Assembly (NCBI GenBank): GCA_044223005.1
Contig: JBGAML010000005.1
Location: 224,523 to 288,522, forward strand
Source of the DNA: Candidatus Eiseniibacteriota bacterium
Lineage (GTDB): Bacteria > Eisenbacteria > RBG-16-71-46
Length of the DNA stretch: 64,000 bases
Direction: 5' to 3'
Within the stretch, counting starts at the first letter, position 1, and each line of letters begins with the position of its first letter. The notes under the pieces are model-generated. The model was not told the origin of the DNA and made no database searches. It worked only from the letters and a program-made list of their open reading frames with translations. Both the position numbers and the translations under genes were made by a program. Below, in pieces: positions 61,504 through 64,000 of the stretch.

Positions 61504-63032
61504 TCGATCGTCGCGGGCGGCTTGCTCGTCACGTCGTAGACGACGCGGTTCACGCCGCGGACCTCGTTCGCGATCCGGCTCGCGGCGCGGGCCAGCAGCG
61601 CGTGCGGCAGGCGCGTCCAGTCGGCGGTCATGCCGTCGACGCTGTTCACCGCCCGCAGCGCCACCACCTTCTCGTACGAGCGTTCGTCGCCCTTCACGCC
61701 CACGGTCGCGACCGGGAGCAGCACCGCGAACGCCTGCCACGTGCGGTCGTACCACTTCGCGCGCCGCAGTTCCTCGAGGAAGATCGCGTCCGCGTGCCGC
61801 AGCAGGTCCAGGTCCGGCTCGTCGACCGCGCCGAGGATGCGCACCGCGAGCCCCGGACCCGGGAACGGATGGCGATCCACGAGGGGCGCGGGCAGCCCCA
61901 TCTCGCGCCCCAGCGCGCGCACCTCGTCCTTGAACAGCCAGCGCAGCGGTTCGACGAGCTGGAGCTTCATCCGCTCCGGCAGGCCGCCCACGTTGTGGTG
62001 CGTCTTGATCACCTGCGCGCCGAAGCCCGCGGAGGCCGATTCGATCACGTCCGGGTAGAGCGTGCCCTGCGCGAGAAACTCGACCGGACCGATGCGCGCC
62101 GCCTCCTCCTCGAACACGGCCACGAACTCGTTGCCGATGATGCGCCGCTTGGTCTCCGGATCCGTGACGCCCGCGAGCTTCGCAAGGAAGCGCTCGCGCG
62201 CGTCCACGATGCGCAGGTTCAGGTGCCGCCGCTCGCCCAGCTCGCGCCGCACTTCGTCCGCCTCGTTCATCCGCATGAGGCCGTGGTCCACGAGCACGCA
62301 GGTCAGCCGGTTCCCGATCGCGCGGTGGATCAGCGTCGCGGCCACCGTGGAGTCCACGCCACCCGAGAGCCCGCAGAGCACGTGCCCGTCGCCCACGCGC
62401 GCACGCACGTCGCGCACGGCTTCGCGCAGGAAGTGCTTCATCGACCAGCCACCCTTCAGGCGCGCCACGTCGAACACGAAGTTGGCGAGCACCTTCGCGC
62501 CGTACGGCGAGTGCACGACCTCGGGATGGAACTGGATCAGGTGGAACGGCTTGCTCTCATGGCTCGCGGCCGCGAACGCGCAGCTCGAGGTGTGCGCGAC
62601 GCGCTTCCAGCCCGGTGCCAGCGCCTGCACTTCGTCGCCGTGGCTCATCCACGCGCGGAAGCGCTTCGGCACGCCCTTGAAGAGCGGCGAGCGGCCGTCC
62701 TGCACGAACGTGGCGACGCCGTACTCGGCGCGTGGCGCGCGCGCGACTCGCCCGCCCAGCAGCTGCTGCGTCACCTGGAAGCCGTAGCAGATCCCGAGCA
62801 GCGGCTTGCCCAAAGCGTAGATGCCGGGATCGGGCAGCGGCGCCTCCGCGCGCCAGCCGCTCGCGGGCGAGCCCGAGAGGATCAGCGCCGAGGGCTTCGC
62901 CGCGCGGATCGCGGCCGCGCTCGTCGTCCCGGGAACGATCTCCGAATAGACGCCGAGCTCGCGCACGCGGCGTGCGATCAGCTGCGTGTACTGCGAACCG
63001 AAATCGAGGATCAGGACGCTCGGGCGGGGCAT
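61494..63032 (-). CDS. guaA: GMP synthase (glutamine-hydrolysing)
   Basis: GATase (ICYGFQ, H..E), PP-loop SGGVDS, C-terminal dimerisation domain ending TIEWE. Confidence 0.96.
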   Translation of the reverse strand: MPRPSVLILDFGSQYTQLIARRVRELGVYSEIVPGTTSAAAIRAAKPSALILSGSPASGWRAEAPLPDPGIYALGKPLLGICYGFQVTQQLLGGRVARAPRAEYGVATFVQDGRSPLFKGVPKRFRAWMSHGDEVQALAPGWKRVAHTSSCAFAAASHESKPFHLIQFHPEVVHSPYGAKVLANFVFDVARLKGGWSMKHFLREAVRDVRARVGDGHVLCGLSGGVDSTVAATLIHRAIGNRLTCVLVDHGLMRMNEADEVRRELGERRHLNLRIVDARERFLAKLAGVTDPETKRRIIGNEFVAVFEEEAARIGPVEFLAQGTLYPDVIESASAGFGAQVIKTHHNVGGLPERMKLQLVEPLRWLFKDEVRALGREMGLPAPLVDRHPFPGPGLAVRILGAVDEPDLDLLRHADAIFLEELRRAKWYDRTWQAFAVLLPVATVGVKGDERSYEKVVALRAVNSVDGMTADWTRLPHALLARAASRIANEVRGVNRVVYDVTSKPPATIEWE

Positions 63033-63072
63033 GGATCGCAACCTCTGCGGACGGTTCGCCCGCGGTGGGCGG

Positions 63073-63579
63073 TCAGGACAGCTCGGGGATCTCGGTGGCG
63101 TCGAACAGCTGCCGGAGGTGATCGACGAGCCAGTCGTCGTCGTGGAACGTGGCCATGCGGTGCAGCACGAGGACGAGCACGAAGACGCCGGCCATGAGGG
63201 CCGGCACCCAGCCCGTGCCCGCCCGCACCTCTTCGGTGGCGAGCACCGCCGAGAATGCGATCAGGAAGAGCACGGCGAGCGAGAGCCCGATCAGGTCCAC
63301 GCGCCGCCAGCCGATCGCGAGCTCGACGCGCGTCCCCATTCCGCCCGCGACGAAGCTGCCCCGGGCCTCCGAGGGCAGCGCCTTGCGCGACCCGAGCCAG
63401 CGCGAGCACGAGAAGCGCTCCTCGTTCGCGCGCCCCTTCATCGGCTGCTTCGTGGCCCAGAACGCCCAGAAGGGCGCGAGGTCGGCCCGGAGCCGCTCGA
63501 CGCACGCGCTCGCAGGCAGCGCCGTGGTGAGCACGACGCGCCGGACGTGGAACGGGTTCAGGTGCTGCGCGACGGTCAT
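63073..63579 (-). CDS. Hypothetical membrane protein
   Basis: About 168 aa, two TM helices, no recognised domain. Confidence 0.4.
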   Translation of the reverse strand: MTVAQHLNPFHVRRVVLTTALPASACVERLRADLAPFWAFWATKQPMKGRANEERFSCSRWLGSRKALPSEARGSFVAGGMGTRVELAIGWRRVDLIGLSLAVLFLIAFSAVLATEEVRAGTGWVPALMAGVFVLVLVLHRMATFHDDDWLVDHLRQLFDATEIPELS

Positions 63580-63599
63580 CGGGGCCTCGAGTCCTGCGC

Positions 63600-64000
63600 T
63601 CAGTGCCGGAACGTCCGGCGGTCGGTGAAGACCATCGCGACCCCGAGGCGGTCGGCCTCGGCGATCACGTCGGCGTCGCGTACGGAGCCGCCGGGCTGCA
63701 CGATCGCCGTGATGCCGGCGTCGGCGGCGTGCGTGATGCTGTCCGGGAACGGGAAGAAGCCGTCGCTCGCGAGCACGGTTCCGTGCGTGTCGTGGCCGGC
63801 GCGACGGGCCTTCATCAGCGCCACGTCCACGGCGTCGACGCGCGAGGTCTGGCCGCTGCCGAGGCCCACCATCTCCTCGCCGCGCGCGAGCACGATCGCG
63901 TTGCTGCGGGCGACCGCGCAGACTTCCCACGCGAACACCATCGCGGCCATCTCGTCGGCGGTCGGCGCGCGCCGCGTGACCGTGCGCCACGGCGGCGGAT
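63600..64000 (-). CDS. purH: Bifunctional AICAR transformylase/IMP cyclohydrolase PurH, C-terminal part (5' end beyond window)
   Basis: C-terminal AICARFT segment ...GSGQTSRVDAV...LASDGFFPF...IVQPGGSVRD. Confidence 0.8.
   Translation of the reverse strand, partial: PPPWRTVTRRAPTADEMAAMVFAWEVCAVARSNAIVLARGEEMVGLGSGQTSRVDAVDVALMKARRAGHDTHGTVLASDGFFPFPDSITHAADAGITAIVQPGGSVRDADVIAEADRLGVAMVFTDRRTFRH

Overview
This is a 64 kb window of very GC-rich (about 70%+) bacterial chromosome, apparently from a Gram-negative organism: TonB-dependent receptor, LptE-like lipoprotein, OM beta-barrels, Slt, Smg. Coding is dense on both strands, and many alternate-frame or antisense ORFs in the six-frame track are GC artefacts. 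Most of the window is core housekeeping. There is a partial trp operon (trpD-RDD-trpC-trpF-trpB) with no trpA, followed by a DUF222/HNH endonuclease (REP13E12-like) gene. Other core genes are tRNA-Arg(CCG), ubiE-like, leuS/holA/lptE, rpsT, uvrC, two XerC/D-type recombinases, dapF-dapA-dapB, topA, smg, secA, cspA, guaA, and a partial purH. Accessory-looking content includes a WbpB/WbpD/WbpE-like UDP-sugar oxidoreductase/acetyltransferase/aminotransferase triad next to a GAF-PAS histidine kinase and a sigma54 NtrC-type regulator. There is also a GGDEF protein, a DUF1080 protein, GH57 and GH15-like glycosidases, a TonB receptor, and a large PD40/HExxH outer-membrane protein. The most unusual element is a tightly overlapped minus-strand module at 26.5-31.1 kb: a beta-CASP MBL-fold nuclease, then an SNF2-family helicase, then a Zn-ribbon protein. 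It lies in the same co-directional array as uvrC-xerC, which suggests a DNA repair or processing role, or possibly defence; I cannot assign it to a named system. A perfect 14-2-14 palindrome with a TACTG-N10-CAGTA core sits 22 nt upstream of a radical-SAM DNA-repair-like gene. A 44-nt AT-rich palindrome sits in a GC-rich intergenic region. No CRISPR arrays, rRNA genes or obvious prophage were seen.
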